A stretch of DNA of 64,000 nucleotides from NCBI GenBank assembly GCA_014729775.1, contig WJJJ01000013.1:2947-66946 (forward strand). Direction: 5' to 3'. Each line of letters starts with the position of its first letter. Position 1 is the stretch's first letter. The DNA comes from Candidatus Omnitrophota bacterium (GTDB lineage: Bacteria; Omnitrophota; Gorgyraeia; Duberdicusellales; 4484-171). This document shows positions 35,762 to 45,273 of the stretch, piece after piece. The translations under genes and the position numbers were made by a program. A model generated the notes under the pieces. That model saw nothing but the letters and a program-made list of their open reading frames with translations. It was not told the DNA's origin and did not search any database.

Positions 35762-37153
35762 TTAACCGCGGATTCTTTTCCGGCGATGATAGGGAGGGAT
35801 CCTCAATTCTTCCCGGTATTTTGCCACTGTTCTTCGTGCGATTCTTATACCCTTGCCACTCAGCTGCTGCGCGATTTGCGAGTCTTTGAGGGGCTCATCC
35901 GCCGTTTCTTCTTCAATCAGCGAAAGGATTTCTTCTTTTACCATTTCCTGGGAAATATCGGCGCCGTTGCTTGAAGGAAAAGATTTGGTAAGGAAAAAAT
36001 CAAGCCGGTAGATGCCGTAGGGCGTGGAAATATATTTGTTATTTACTACCCGGCTTACGGTCGATTCGTTGCGGTGTGCTTTCAGGGCGATATCCTTGAG
36101 TGTTAACGGATTGAGCCGGGCCGGATCTCCCTGAAGAAAGAATTCTTTTTGATGTTCCACGATAAGGGTCCCGATCCTGCGTATGGTTTCTTCTCTTTTC
36201 ATCACCGCTTTGATTACCGTGAGAGCGTATTTCACTTTTCCGCGAATGTACCGTTTCGTTTCGGGAGAAAGCTCTCCTTCCCTGAGCAATTCCAGGTAAC
36301 GGCTGCTCACCCGTAGTCGGGGCAGGAACGAATTGTTTACCCTGATTTCCAGACTGCTTTTATGCTGTTCTACGGTAAGGTCTGGTTGAGAGGCGGCGTT
36401 AAACTGCCGGGTAAAGGCAGTGAATTTGTCCCCGGGGCGGGGAGCGAGAGAGGAAATTTCCTTTTTCGCGGCAAGTACCTCTCGATGCGGGATTTTGAGC
36501 TTCCTGGAGATCGCCGCGATTTTATTTTTCGCGAGTTCGGGGAGACAGGAAGTAATAATACGATAGGCGGGAGAGTCTTTTTTCCCTCTGCGTTCCAGCT
36601 GAAGCAGAAGACTCTCTTTTAGATTACGCGCCCCGACTCCCGGAGGATCGCAGGTTTTTAACGTTTCTATCGCCGTTTCTATTTCTTCCGGAGAGAACGG
36701 GGTATGATGTTCGTTGCGCAGGAAGAGCGAAATTTCCTCAGAAGAGAGATTGAGATAACCGTTTTCATCTAAATTGCCCACCAGAAATTCCAGGATCAGC
36801 TGCTGACGGGAAGAGAGAGGCTGGATACGAATTTGACTGAGTAAATGCTCGGGTAGCGTGCGGGAGGACGTGATCAGCGATTCGGTGTAATTGCGCCGTT
36901 TGGCGGCTTCTTCCGGAGACAGACCCAGCGCAATATAGGGGTTTTCCTGTTCGGGGCGCGTGAGCTGTTCGGTTTGCTTCAGTAAATCCCTTTCCGGAGG
37001 ATCTATACATTCCAGTATCGGATTTTCTTCTGCCTGTGCTTCAAGAAAATGGCGTAAATCGGTTACCGGGAGCTGCAAAATACGCAGAAACTGACGCATT
37101 TGCGGGGTAAGTGCCAGCGTCTGGGTGAGTTTCTGACTTTGTTTAATTTCCAT
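35762..37153 (-). CDS. rpoN: RNA polymerase sigma-54 factor
   Basis: Gln-rich N-terminal region I, C-terminal HTH and RpoN box ARRTVAKYREELRIP. Confidence 0.9.
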   Translation of the reverse strand: MEIKQSQKLTQTLALTPQMRQFLRILQLPVTDLRHFLEAQAEENPILECIDPPERDLLKQTEQLTRPEQENPYIALGLSPEEAAKRRNYTESLITSSRTLPEHLLSQIRIQPLSSRQQLILEFLVGNLDENGYLNLSSEEISLFLRNEHHTPFSPEEIETAIETLKTCDPPGVGARNLKESLLLQLERRGKKDSPAYRIITSCLPELAKNKIAAISRKLKIPHREVLAAKKEISSLAPRPGDKFTAFTRQFNAASQPDLTVEQHKSSLEIRVNNSFLPRLRVSSRYLELLREGELSPETKRYIRGKVKYALTVIKAVMKREETIRRIGTLIVEHQKEFFLQGDPARLNPLTLKDIALKAHRNESTVSRVVNNKYISTPYGIYRLDFFLTKSFPSSNGADISQEMVKEEILSLIEEETADEPLKDSQIAQQLSGKGIRIARRTVAKYREELRIPPYHRRKRIRG

Positions 37154-37344
37154 GTTTTTTTACTTCTGCCGCCGGATAAATCAAAAAATTATTCTTCGGT
37201 TTTCGTTTTCTCTTTTTTTCTTCTCCGTCTCTGTGCTTCTTTCTTCTTGTTCCTTGCTTCCTGCCTTTTCCTCTGCGGCATCCAGGTTCTCAATTGTAAC
37301 ATATTTTCTTTCTCTTGAGCAATATTATTACACACTGTTTTTTA

Positions 37345-37373
37345 TTGGAATTCTCCAATGATTGTGCTATAAT
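37345..37373 (+). promoter_or_regulatory. sigma-70-like promoter (TTGGAA-N17-TATAAT)
   Basis: -35 TTGGAA 37345-50, -10 TATAAT 37368-73 in the divergent rpoN/yqeY intergenic region. Confidence 0.5.
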
Positions 37374-37430
37374 TTGGCTCGTTGTGGAAACCGCGTCGAC
37401 GCGGAAAAAGACGAAATAAAGGAGCCGGAT

Positions 37431-37877
37431 ATGATCGAACAGAAAATTTATGAAGATTACGTTGCCGCGATGAAGAACCGGGAGAAGGAAAAGGCCGGTT
37501 TTTTGAGTTTTCTTCGGGCACAGCTGAAAAACGCGGCAATCGAAACACGCAGTGAAACGCTCGGTGATGAAAAAACCCTGGAGGTGCTTCAAAAACAGAA
37601 AAAGCGTCTTCAGGAAACGATTGAGAGTGTGCAGGCATCGGGGCGGGATGACCTCCGGCAGGAAGCGGAGCGGGAGCTTGAATTCCTTTCGGCGTATCTT
37701 CCGGAACCATTGTCTGAGGAGGAAATCCGCCGTATCGTGGACGAGGTCGTACAGTCTACCGGTGCTTCCTCTATGAAAGATATGGGACGGGTAATGAAAG
37801 AGATCCTGCCACGGACCGGCGCGCGCGCTGACGCCAAGGAGATCAGTCTGCTGGTCCGGCAAAAACTTTCCTCCTGA
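37431..37877 (+). CDS. yqeY: GatB/YqeY domain protein
   Basis: RBS AAGGAG + ATG 37431; YqeY-like helical protein (…AAMKNREKEKAGFLSFLRAQLKN…). Confidence 0.65.
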   Translation: MIEQKIYEDYVAAMKNREKEKAGFLSFLRAQLKNAAIETRSETLGDEKTLEVLQKQKKRLQETIESVQASGRDDLRQEAERELEFLSAYLPEPLSEEEIRRIVDEVVQSTGASSMKDMGRVMKEILPRTGARADAKEISLLVRQKLSS

Positions 37878-38103
37878 ACCCTCAACGTTCGGTTTATAAA
37901 TCTCTTTTTAGTCCGCTTAAGTGAATTTCTTTTCAGGTAATTTATAACTGCTTGTATACCCACTGCTTACAGAAAACGTTCAGTGTCCTATTCGCCTTGC
38001 TTTTTCCGGATTGAGTATGGTATACCCATATAATACCCCGGAGACGCTGTTCTTTGCCGTGGACCGGGCACTTTAGAAATTACCCAAAGGAGCGTGACCA
38101 GCC

Positions 38104-38505
38104 ATGCAGAGAATTTTTTCGTTGTGTCTTGTGATCGTGTTCATGACCGGATTCGCCGCTGGGAACCGTTCGGTTTCCTACGGTAACAGTATTTCCGTGA
38201 GAGGGCTGGCGTCCTGGTACTCGGAATCAGACCGCGGCGTGAAGAAAACCACGGCGAATATGGAAGTGTTTGACGACAGTCAGCTTACCTGCGCCATATG
38301 GAATGTGCCTTTCGGTACTAAATTGAAGATCACAAACACCCATACGGGAGAGTCGATTGTCGTGCGGGTAAATGACCGGGGTCCCGCGAAGCGGCTGGTG
38401 CGCCAGGGCCGGATTGTTGATTTGACGAAAGCCGCTTTCTCCCGGCTCGCGGACCTGGACGAAGGACTGATTGCGGTTGATATTCAGATCGTCTCTTCTC
38501 TCTAA
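38104..38505 (+). CDS. RlpA-like double-psi beta-barrel (DPBB) lipoprotein
   Basis: ASWYSE...TANMEVFDD..LTCAIWNVPFGTKLKITN..TGESIVVRVNDRGP matches RlpA DPBB signature. Confidence 0.7.
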   Translation: MQRIFSLCLVIVFMTGFAAGNRSVSYGNSISVRGLASWYSESDRGVKKTTANMEVFDDSQLTCAIWNVPFGTKLKITNTHTGESIVVRVNDRGPAKRLVRQGRIVDLTKAAFSRLADLDEGLIAVDIQIVSSL

Positions 38506-38706
38506 CTCATTCCCTTCCTTTTGTATAAGAATGTATTTCCTGCAGATACCGTGACGCGGTGCGGGCGTATGTGTGTTCGTTTTTCGGCCTGTCCCGGTCT
38601 CTTCTTCCGCCGCGAAATCCTTTTATTTTTCCCAAAATTAGGTATAATACTCCTCGGACCTTTTCCCGTATCAATCCGTGCGGACACATAAGGAAAGGAT
38701 TGAAAA

Positions 38707-40419
38707 ATGGCTACACGATCAGGCAGACATCCTCATTCTCTTCGTATTCGAAAAAAAGAACGGCGTATTGCCTATTTTTCCATGGAGGTAGGAGTCCATT
38801 CGGATATCCCCACATACAGCGGAGGGCTGGGTATTCTCGCCGGAGATACGATCAGGTCCGCCGCGGATTTAAACGTGCCCATGGTCGGGGTTACGCTTTT
38901 GTACCGTAAAGGATATTTTTTTCAGAAGATCGACGCTGAAGGACAGCAGCATGAATATCCCTTTGAATGGAATCCGAAAAAGGTCCTCCGGCTGTCCTCA
39001 AGAAGGACGAGTGTCCAAATCGAAGGTCGTGAAGTTCATATCCAGGCCTGGCAGTATGTGGTGCGGGGTAGTGCCGGTTATCTTATTCCGGTGATTTTTC
39101 TCGATACGGATCTTCCGGAGAATGACGAATACGGCCGCAGTCTTTCCTATTTCTTATACGGAGGGGACCGCCGCTACCGTCTTTCCCAGGAGCTCGTGCT
39201 TGGAGTAGGCGGCGTACGGATGTTAAGGGAGCTAGGGTACCGGCAGCTGAACCGTTATCATATGAATGAGGGACACGCGAGTTTACTTACCCTTGAACTC
39301 CTGCGCGTACGGGGCCGGCCGGAGGGAGAGTGGGATATGGACGGCGTGCGGCGGATGTGTGTGTTTACCACTCATACTCCCGTGCCCGCCGGGCATGATA
39401 AATTCTCCTACGATCTTGTGCGGGAGGTGCTCAGCGACCTGGTACCGTTGGAGCTCCTGCAGCAGTGCGCCGGGAACGAAGAATTGAACATGACGCGCCT
39501 GGCGATGAATCTCAGCCATTACGTCAACGGAGTGGCAAAACAGCACGGAAAGGTTTCTCAGGAAATGTTCCCGGGGTATCACATCGATTCAATTACCAAC
39601 GGAGTGCATTCTCCGACGTGGGTAAGCACCCATTTTCGCAAGTTGTTCGATAAATACATGTGGGGATGGGTCCATGATCCGTTTAACTTTCGTTACGCGT
39701 TGAGTATTCCGCGGGAAGAGGTGTGGATGGCGCACGATGAGGCAAAACAGGAGCTTATCCGGTATGTCAATGAACACACCGGTTCCGGGTTGGACCCGGA
39801 GGTGTTTACGATCGGGTTCGCCCGTCGCGCAACGGCCTATAAACGCGCCGATCTGGTGTTCCACGACACGGAACGGCTGATCAGGATCGCGGAAGAGGCG
39901 GGGAAGGTACAGTTTATTTTTTCCGGAAAAGCGCATCCGCAGGATCATGACGGTAAAGCGCTGATCAAAAAAATCATTCAAACCGCTCATGCCTTAAGCG
40001 AGAAGATCAAGATCGTGTATTTAGAGCATTACAATATGGATCTTGCGAAAATGCTCATTTCAGGCGTGGATCTATGGCTGAATACGCCCCGCAAACCGAA
40101 AGAAGCATCCGGAACTTCCGGCATGAAAGCCGCGCATAACGGGATTCCGTCCTTGAGTATTCTAGACGGCTGGTGGATCGAGGGGAGTATCGAGAACCTC
40201 ACCGGCTGGTCCATCGGCACTCTGCATGATCCCGAAAACGACGATGAGCGGGATGCCGCGGCATTGTATGAAAAATTGGAGAAGGTGATTGTTCCTTCAT
40301 ATTACCGCGACCGGGACCGGTGGATAGATATTATGCGTCACTGTATCGCGATCAACGCTTCATTCTTTAATACCCACCGGATGATTCAGCAGTACGTGTT
40401 AAACGCCTATTTACATTAA
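38707..40419 (+). CDS. glgP: alpha-glucan phosphorylase (GT35, GlgP-family short form)
   Basis: YFSMEVGVHSDIPTYSGGLGILAGDTIRSAADLNVPMVGVTLLYRKGYF N-terminus; PLP-region TSGMKAAHNG. Confidence 0.8.
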   Translation: MATRSGRHPHSLRIRKKERRIAYFSMEVGVHSDIPTYSGGLGILAGDTIRSAADLNVPMVGVTLLYRKGYFFQKIDAEGQQHEYPFEWNPKKVLRLSSRRTSVQIEGREVHIQAWQYVVRGSAGYLIPVIFLDTDLPENDEYGRSLSYFLYGGDRRYRLSQELVLGVGGVRMLRELGYRQLNRYHMNEGHASLLTLELLRVRGRPEGEWDMDGVRRMCVFTTHTPVPAGHDKFSYDLVREVLSDLVPLELLQQCAGNEELNMTRLAMNLSHYVNGVAKQHGKVSQEMFPGYHIDSITNGVHSPTWVSTHFRKLFDKYMWGWVHDPFNFRYALSIPREEVWMAHDEAKQELIRYVNEHTGSGLDPEVFTIGFARRATAYKRADLVFHDTERLIRIAEEAGKVQFIFSGKAHPQDHDGKALIKKIIQTAHALSEKIKIVYLEHYNMDLAKMLISGVDLWLNTPRKPKEASGTSGMKAAHNGIPSLSILDGWWIEGSIENLTGWSIGTLHDPENDDERDAAALYEKLEKVIVPSYYRDRDRWIDIMRHCIAINASFFNTHRMIQQYVLNAYLH

Positions 40420-40431
40420 TGGGCAAAGGAG

Positions 40432-41496
40432 ATGTCTATGTTAAGTTATTCGCAAATCGCGGCTCTTTTGGGGAAAGAGGCAGATTCTCTTTTACAGCAT
40501 ACCTGTTCTACGATCTCCCGCAAGATGCTTTCTCTTCCCGGTTCCGATTTTCTCGATCGCGTGTTTATTGATTCTGACCGTCCAAATTCCGTTCTGCGTA
40601 ATTTGGCATCTTTATTCCGGCATGGTCGTCTCGGCGGCACGGGATATCTGTCGATCCTGCCCGTCGATCAGGGGATTGAACATACTGCCGGGGCTTCCTT
40701 TTCGCCGAACCCTGAATATTTTGATCCGGAAAATATCGTGAAACTGGCGATTGAAGGAGGATGTAACGGAGTTGCCTCTACGCTGGGCGTCCTGGGCCTG
40801 GTGGCGCGCAGGTACGCGCATAAAATTCCCTTTATCGTGAAGCTCAATCACAACGAACTTTTGTCCTATCCGAATTCATATGATCAGCGGTTGTTCGCTT
40901 CCGTTGAGCAGGCTTATTCAATGGGCGCGGTCGGGGTAGGTGCTACCATTTATTTCGGTTCACCCGAATCCCGCCGCCAAATCGAAGAAGTTTCGGCGTT
41001 GTTCGAACGGGCGCACCAGCTGGGTTTGTGCACGGTGTTATGGTGTTATTTAAGAAATTCGGCTTTTAAAAAAGACGATACCGACTATCATACCGCGGCA
41101 GATCTCACCGGTCAGGCCAACCATCTGGGAGTTACTTTGCAGGCCGATATCATCAAACAGAAACTGCCGATGGACAACGGCGGATTCCAGACGCTGAAAT
41201 TCGGAAAGACCCATCCGCTGATGTATGAACAACTGGCCAGCGCGCATCCCGTTGATCTTACCCGTTATCAGGTTGCCAACTGCTACATGGGAAAAATTGG
41301 GTTGATCAATTCCGGCGGTCCTTCCGGAAAAAATGATTTACAGCAGGCGGTAAGAACCGCGGTGATCAACAAGCGCGCCGGAGGTACCGGCCTTATTTCC
41401 GGACGGAAAGCATTCCAGAAATCACTCCATGACGGAGTGGAAATCCTTCATGCCATTCAGGACGTGTATTTAACCGATGAGATTTCCGTCGCATAA
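40432..41496 (+). CDS. fbaB: class I fructose-bisphosphate aldolase (DhnA/FbaB type)
   Basis: Near-collinear similarity along the whole length to E. coli FbaB as I recall it ([126 protein letters not shown]). Confidence 0.85.
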   Translation: MSMLSYSQIAALLGKEADSLLQHTCSTISRKMLSLPGSDFLDRVFIDSDRPNSVLRNLASLFRHGRLGGTGYLSILPVDQGIEHTAGASFSPNPEYFDPENIVKLAIEGGCNGVASTLGVLGLVARRYAHKIPFIVKLNHNELLSYPNSYDQRLFASVEQAYSMGAVGVGATIYFGSPESRRQIEEVSALFERAHQLGLCTVLWCYLRNSAFKKDDTDYHTAADLTGQANHLGVTLQADIIKQKLPMDNGGFQTLKFGKTHPLMYEQLASAHPVDLTRYQVANCYMGKIGLINSGGPSGKNDLQQAVRTAVINKRAGGTGLISGRKAFQKSLHDGVEILHAIQDVYLTDEISVA

Positions 41497-41532
41497 ATTT
41501 GGCGGAGCCGGCCTGAGAACGACGGCGGTGAG

Positions 41533-41691
41533 TTACCGTTTCTTTTTTCGTACTCTTCTTTTTTGGGAGGGTTTTGTGTAATATTGCCTTTCCCGGAAGT
41601 TCTTTATGATTCTTTCTCGTTTGCACTGGGTTTTAAAAGAACGAAGCGCTTTCTCGAATTCCGCGTTGGATTTGATTTGAACTTCAGCCAT
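41533..41691 (-). CDS. rpsU: 30S ribosomal protein S21
   Basis: Hand translation MAEVQIKSNAEFEKALRSFKTQCKRERIIKNFRERQYYTKPSQKRRVRKKKR with RBS GGAGGAG; matches S21 pattern (M..v.v..NE.fe.ALRrFK..c...g.....rrr..YeKP...rkr); below the 60-aa cutoff of the ORF track. Confidence 0.8.
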   Translation of the reverse strand: MAEVQIKSNAEFEKALRSFKTQCKRERIIKNFRERQYYTKPSQKRRVRKKKR

Positions 41692-41882
41692 TTCTCCTCC
41701 TTGGTTAGGAGTGTTATATCATAAATTGACGGTTTGGCAAGGGAAAAGTATTTCGACCTTTATTTACTGGGGTAAAATCGTTTTTCGGAAGGAACTTACT
41801 TGCGCAGATCAGGGAAAAATTATACAATGAAGGCGTTTCCTGAACGTATTTTCACTCTTTCATTTCAACAGAAAGGATAAGA

Positions 41883-42563
41883 ATGTCGTTAAAACTTGTC
41901 AAAGCAGAACCGGTGGAAAATCCGGAGGTATCACTGGAGACCGCCGAACCGGCGCGGGTCCGGGAAGAAGTGGCGCGCAACACCCGGAATTTCAGGAATT
42001 CCTGGCGTAATTTGGCGAAAGTGCTTGGGGTTGTCTGGCAGCGGAAGTTGTACAGAGAATGGGGATATGAAACATTTGATCAATATACCGCACAGGAAGT
42101 GGCGATTCGTAAACATACCGCAATGAAATTGATTCGGTCCTATAATTTTTTACAGAAAGAGGAGCCGGAGTGCCTGAAACATGATGAACGAACGGAATCC
42201 ACTCCGGCCGCGGCGCCCACGTTGGAAGCAGTACATACCCTGCGAATGGCGAAACAGAAACTGGACGGAGAAGGGTATCAGCGGGTGAAACGCGAATTAT
42301 TTGACCAGAACCGCAGCCCTGCTGAAGTGAAAAAAGACCTGACGATGGTGATGAAACAGCGGCGGGAGGTCGATCCGGAAACCGAACGCGGAAGGAAACG
42401 GCACGTGATCATCAAACGATTTCTCGGTTCATTGGAAGGATTCATGCGTGATGCCGAACTGCTCGAGATTCTTCCTGATCCGGTGGCCGAGGAACTTCGC
42501 CGCGCGAAGCGCAGTCTCGCGGGACTGCTTGAGGAAGAAAAGATGCCGGGAGAAGCTGCATGA
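41883..42563 (+). CDS. hypothetical charged protein (226 aa)
   Basis: No recognisable domain; first gene of a 5-gene operon with overlapping junctions. Confidence 0.3.
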   Translation: MSLKLVKAEPVENPEVSLETAEPARVREEVARNTRNFRNSWRNLAKVLGVVWQRKLYREWGYETFDQYTAQEVAIRKHTAMKLIRSYNFLQKEEPECLKHDERTESTPAAAPTLEAVHTLRMAKQKLDGEGYQRVKRELFDQNRSPAEVKKDLTMVMKQRREVDPETERGRKRHVIIKRFLGSLEGFMRDAELLEILPDPVAEELRRAKRSLAGLLEEEKMPGEAA

Positions 42564-42880
42564 AAACGGTGCGGATCAATGAACTGCGTCCCGGGATGAA
42601 GGTCGTCAAAGAGGTGAAGGATGCGCAAGGGATGTTGGTGTGTCCTGCCGACACTCCGGTGAGCGAGCGGCTCAAAGAATTGTGCCTGCGCCGCGGCGTG
42701 GAGGAGGTCTGGATTGCGGAGGAGCAGGACGCGGCGGAAACCCGGGGGACGGTGCGGGAAACGCCGGAGCAGATACGGAAAAGAGTGAGGGAGAAGTTCG
42801 CTCCGTATATGGAGGATCCGGTAATGGCCCGGTTATGCGAATTGGCGCAGGAGTATCTGCTGCGCAGGGAGGAAATGTGA
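42560..42880 (+). CDS. hypothetical small protein (106 aa)
   Basis: ATGA overlap upstream and ATGTGA overlap downstream; no recognisable motif. Confidence 0.3.
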   Translation: MKTVRINELRPGMKVVKEVKDAQGMLVCPADTPVSERLKELCLRRGVEEVWIAEEQDAAETRGTVRETPEQIRKRVREKFAPYMEDPVMARLCELAQEYLLRREEM

Positions 42881-43731
42881 AAATACGGAATCCGCGGGAG
42901 TTCGTCCGGGATATCGAAGGTCTCCCGACCCTGCCCAATTTATATACCCGCTTCCGGCAGAAAATCTATGATCCCAAATCCTCGGCGAACGATATCGCCG
43001 AAATTATTTCCGCCGATCAGGCGATCGTTTCCAATATTCTCAAGATCGCCAATTCCGCCTTTTACGGATTCTCAAGACGTATTTCCAGCGTGACCCACGC
43101 GATCGTCATTATCGGATTCAACGGCATTCACCATATCGTCCTGAATACCACAGTGGTGAAAATGTTTTCAGGGCAGACGCAGGGCGGGTTCGATTTATCA
43201 CGGATCTGGGAACATTCGTTGGGAACTGCGGCGATTGCGAAATATATCGCCAAAAAGAAAGAACAGAAGAATTTCGAGGAAGTCTTTACGGCGGGATTGC
43301 TCCACGATATCGGGAAAGTGATCGTGTTTAAATACCTTCCCGATGAGTTCAGAGCCGTAATGGAGAGGGTAAGAGAAGAAAATATCCCGATAAAGGAAGC
43401 GGAAGCCCGGGAGGTGGGTGTTGATCATACTGAAATCGGAAAGTGTCTTCTCGAAGAGTGGAAATTTCCCGAAAGTCTTGTTCGCGCGGCGGCCTATCAC
43501 GACAATCCGGTGCTGGCGAAAGAGAAAAAAACAGAGGTGAGTATCGTGCATCTGGCCAATGTCATTACCCGGGCTTTCGAGATCGGATCCGGAGGAGATG
43601 ACCTGATCTCTCCGTGCAATGAAGATGCATGGAATCATTTAGGGTTTGCGCTTGAGGATCTGGATGATATCGCGGCGCACGTTGATGAAGCGCTCAGAGA
43701 GTGCGCGGTATTCAAGGATTTGATGGGATGA
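42877..43731 (+). CDS. HDOD domain signalling protein
   Basis: GTG 42877 in frame; LPTLPNLYTRFRQKIYDPKSSANDIAEIISADQAIVSNILKIANSAFYG...LLHDIGKV HDOD/HD-like motifs; the listed 42640 start adds a low-complexity extension overlapping the upstream gene. Confidence 0.75.
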   Translation: MKIRNPREFVRDIEGLPTLPNLYTRFRQKIYDPKSSANDIAEIISADQAIVSNILKIANSAFYGFSRRISSVTHAIVIIGFNGIHHIVLNTTVVKMFSGQTQGGFDLSRIWEHSLGTAAIAKYIAKKKEQKNFEEVFTAGLLHDIGKVIVFKYLPDEFRAVMERVREENIPIKEAEAREVGVDHTEIGKCLLEEWKFPESLVRAAAYHDNPVLAKEKKTEVSIVHLANVITRAFEIGSGGDDLISPCNEDAWNHLGFALEDLDDIAAHVDEALRECAVFKDLMG

Positions 43732-44831
43732 CGCACATAAGCGATTTTAAAGTTTTTTGCCGCAGTCTGCTGGAGAGTCTCCCTTACGGGGTGATGATCC
43801 TGAATCAGCAGGGGCTGATACTGCACATGAACCGCAATATGTCGTTTATGCTGAATATCACTGAACCGGAAGCGGAGAACGTGAGTTTTCGCGACGTGCT
43901 CCCCCGGGAAATCTCCCGGACAGTCCAGCAGATGGTAGATGACACTACTTCTTACGGTTTCGTGATGGACAGGCGTATTTCGGTCAATGTCGCCGAAAAA
44001 GCCGAGGTGCTGATGGCAATGAGCGGGTCAATTCTGCGCGATGAGGAGGGGCAGCCGGCGGGGATTACCCTGATTTGCCGGGAGATGACCGCGACCCGCG
44101 AGTTGGACCGGATGCGGGAATTGGATAAGCTCAAAGACGATTTCATTTCCAGCGTGTCGCATGATTTGAAAAATCCGCTGAGCAGTATTCTGGGGTTTTC
44201 CGATATCCTTCTAGAAATGGCCAAAGAGAAGGATTTGAGCGAGGAAACCGAGTACCTCCAGATTATCCGGCAGGAGAGCCGGCGCTTATCAGGGATGATC
44301 GGGCAGATGCTCAGCCTTGCACGAATCGAGTCCGGAATGTTACACTTAAAAGTAGGGAAAGTCGTGCTCAAAGAGGTGGTGTCCGAGGTTCTGAAGGTGC
44401 TTTCCGTGCAGAGCAAAGGAAAACATGATTTCAGGGCCGAGATGGATGATGAAATCCCGGAGTTATGGCTGGATCGTGAGGAGATCAGCCGGGTGATCAT
44501 GAACCTGGTGAGCAACGCGATGAAGTATTCCCCCGAAGGCGGTCCGGTCACGGTGCGCGGTTTTGTGCGGGGAGAAAACGTGCACCTGGAAGTACATGAT
44601 AAAGGGATCGGGATGTCGGAGGAAACACTGTCGCATATGTTCGAGAAGTTTTTCCGGGAAACAGGCGGAGAAGCCCAGAGAGTTCCCGGAACCGGACTGG
44701 GCCTGGTGATTACCAAAGGAATCGTGGAGGCTCACGGCGGGACAATTTCGGTGGAAAGCGCAGTAGGCGACGGATCGGTGTTCTCGGTGATACTCCCTTT
44801 GTGGTTGCGTGACAAGAAGCCGAGTGCCTAA
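43728..44831 (+). CDS. PAS-domain sensor histidine kinase
   Basis: PAS-like N-terminus, H-box SSVSHDLKNPLSSILGF, HATPase_c NLVSNAMKYS...GTGLGL; ATGA overlap with HDOD gene. Confidence 0.8.
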   Translation: MTHISDFKVFCRSLLESLPYGVMILNQQGLILHMNRNMSFMLNITEPEAENVSFRDVLPREISRTVQQMVDDTTSYGFVMDRRISVNVAEKAEVLMAMSGSILRDEEGQPAGITLICREMTATRELDRMRELDKLKDDFISSVSHDLKNPLSSILGFSDILLEMAKEKDLSEETEYLQIIRQESRRLSGMIGQMLSLARIESGMLHLKVGKVVLKEVVSEVLKVLSVQSKGKHDFRAEMDDEIPELWLDREEISRVIMNLVSNAMKYSPEGGPVTVRGFVRGENVHLEVHDKGIGMSEETLSHMFEKFFRETGGEAQRVPGTGLGLVITKGIVEAHGGTISVESAVGDGSVFSVILPLWLRDKKPSA

Positions 44832-44844
44832 CAGGGAGGGCGAG

Positions 44845-45225
44845 ATGACCAAGCGGATTTTGATTGTAGACGACGACCGGAATATACGCGGTTTGATCAG
44901 GAAGGTGCTGGAACGCGAAGGGAAGTACGAAGTAGCCGAGGCCGAAGACGGGAAAGCTGCAGAAGAAAAGCTCGCGGGGTTCCGGCCGGATCTGGTGGTG
45001 CTGGACATTCAAATGCCGGGTGAGGGCGGATACGAGACCTGTATGCATATCCGTAGTCTGGCAGGGCGCAAGAAAATAAAAATTGTAGGTGTGTCGGGGG
45101 TGTCCGGAAAAATCGGTGATGCGATCATGACCGCACTCGGCGCGGATTATTTTTTTGAAAAACCGTTCAACAATAGCCAGTTTACCCATAAAATAGAAGA
45201 GCTCCTTGAGGAAGTCGAAGCGTAG
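44845..45225 (+). CDS. single-domain response regulator (CheY-like receiver)
   Basis: RBS GGGAGGG; ILIVDDDRNIRGLI...LVVLDIQMPGEGGYE receiver motifs, no output domain. Confidence 0.8.
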   Translation: MTKRILIVDDDRNIRGLIRKVLEREGKYEVAEAEDGKAAEEKLAGFRPDLVVLDIQMPGEGGYETCMHIRSLAGRKKIKIVGVSGVSGKIGDAIMTALGADYFFEKPFNNSQFTHKIEELLEEVEA

Positions 45226-45273
45226 CTTTATTGGGGAAATTGATTTCGAAGAGGCCGGGTAACCGGCGAACTT

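Noticed and set aside
37391-37404. Perfect 14-bp palindrome CCGCGTCGACGCGG in the yqeY leader
   Set aside because: Could be a small hairpin or operator, but a single GC-rich palindrome of this size is expected by chance in a ~60% GC genome; no second copy seen in the window.
42640-42876. Listed start of the HDOD gene at 42640 with N-terminus MSCRHSGERAAQRIVPAPRRGGGLD...
   Set aside because: Low-complexity, overlaps the upstream 106-aa ORF in another frame; the GTG at 42877 coincides with that ORF's stop and directly precedes the HDOD domain.
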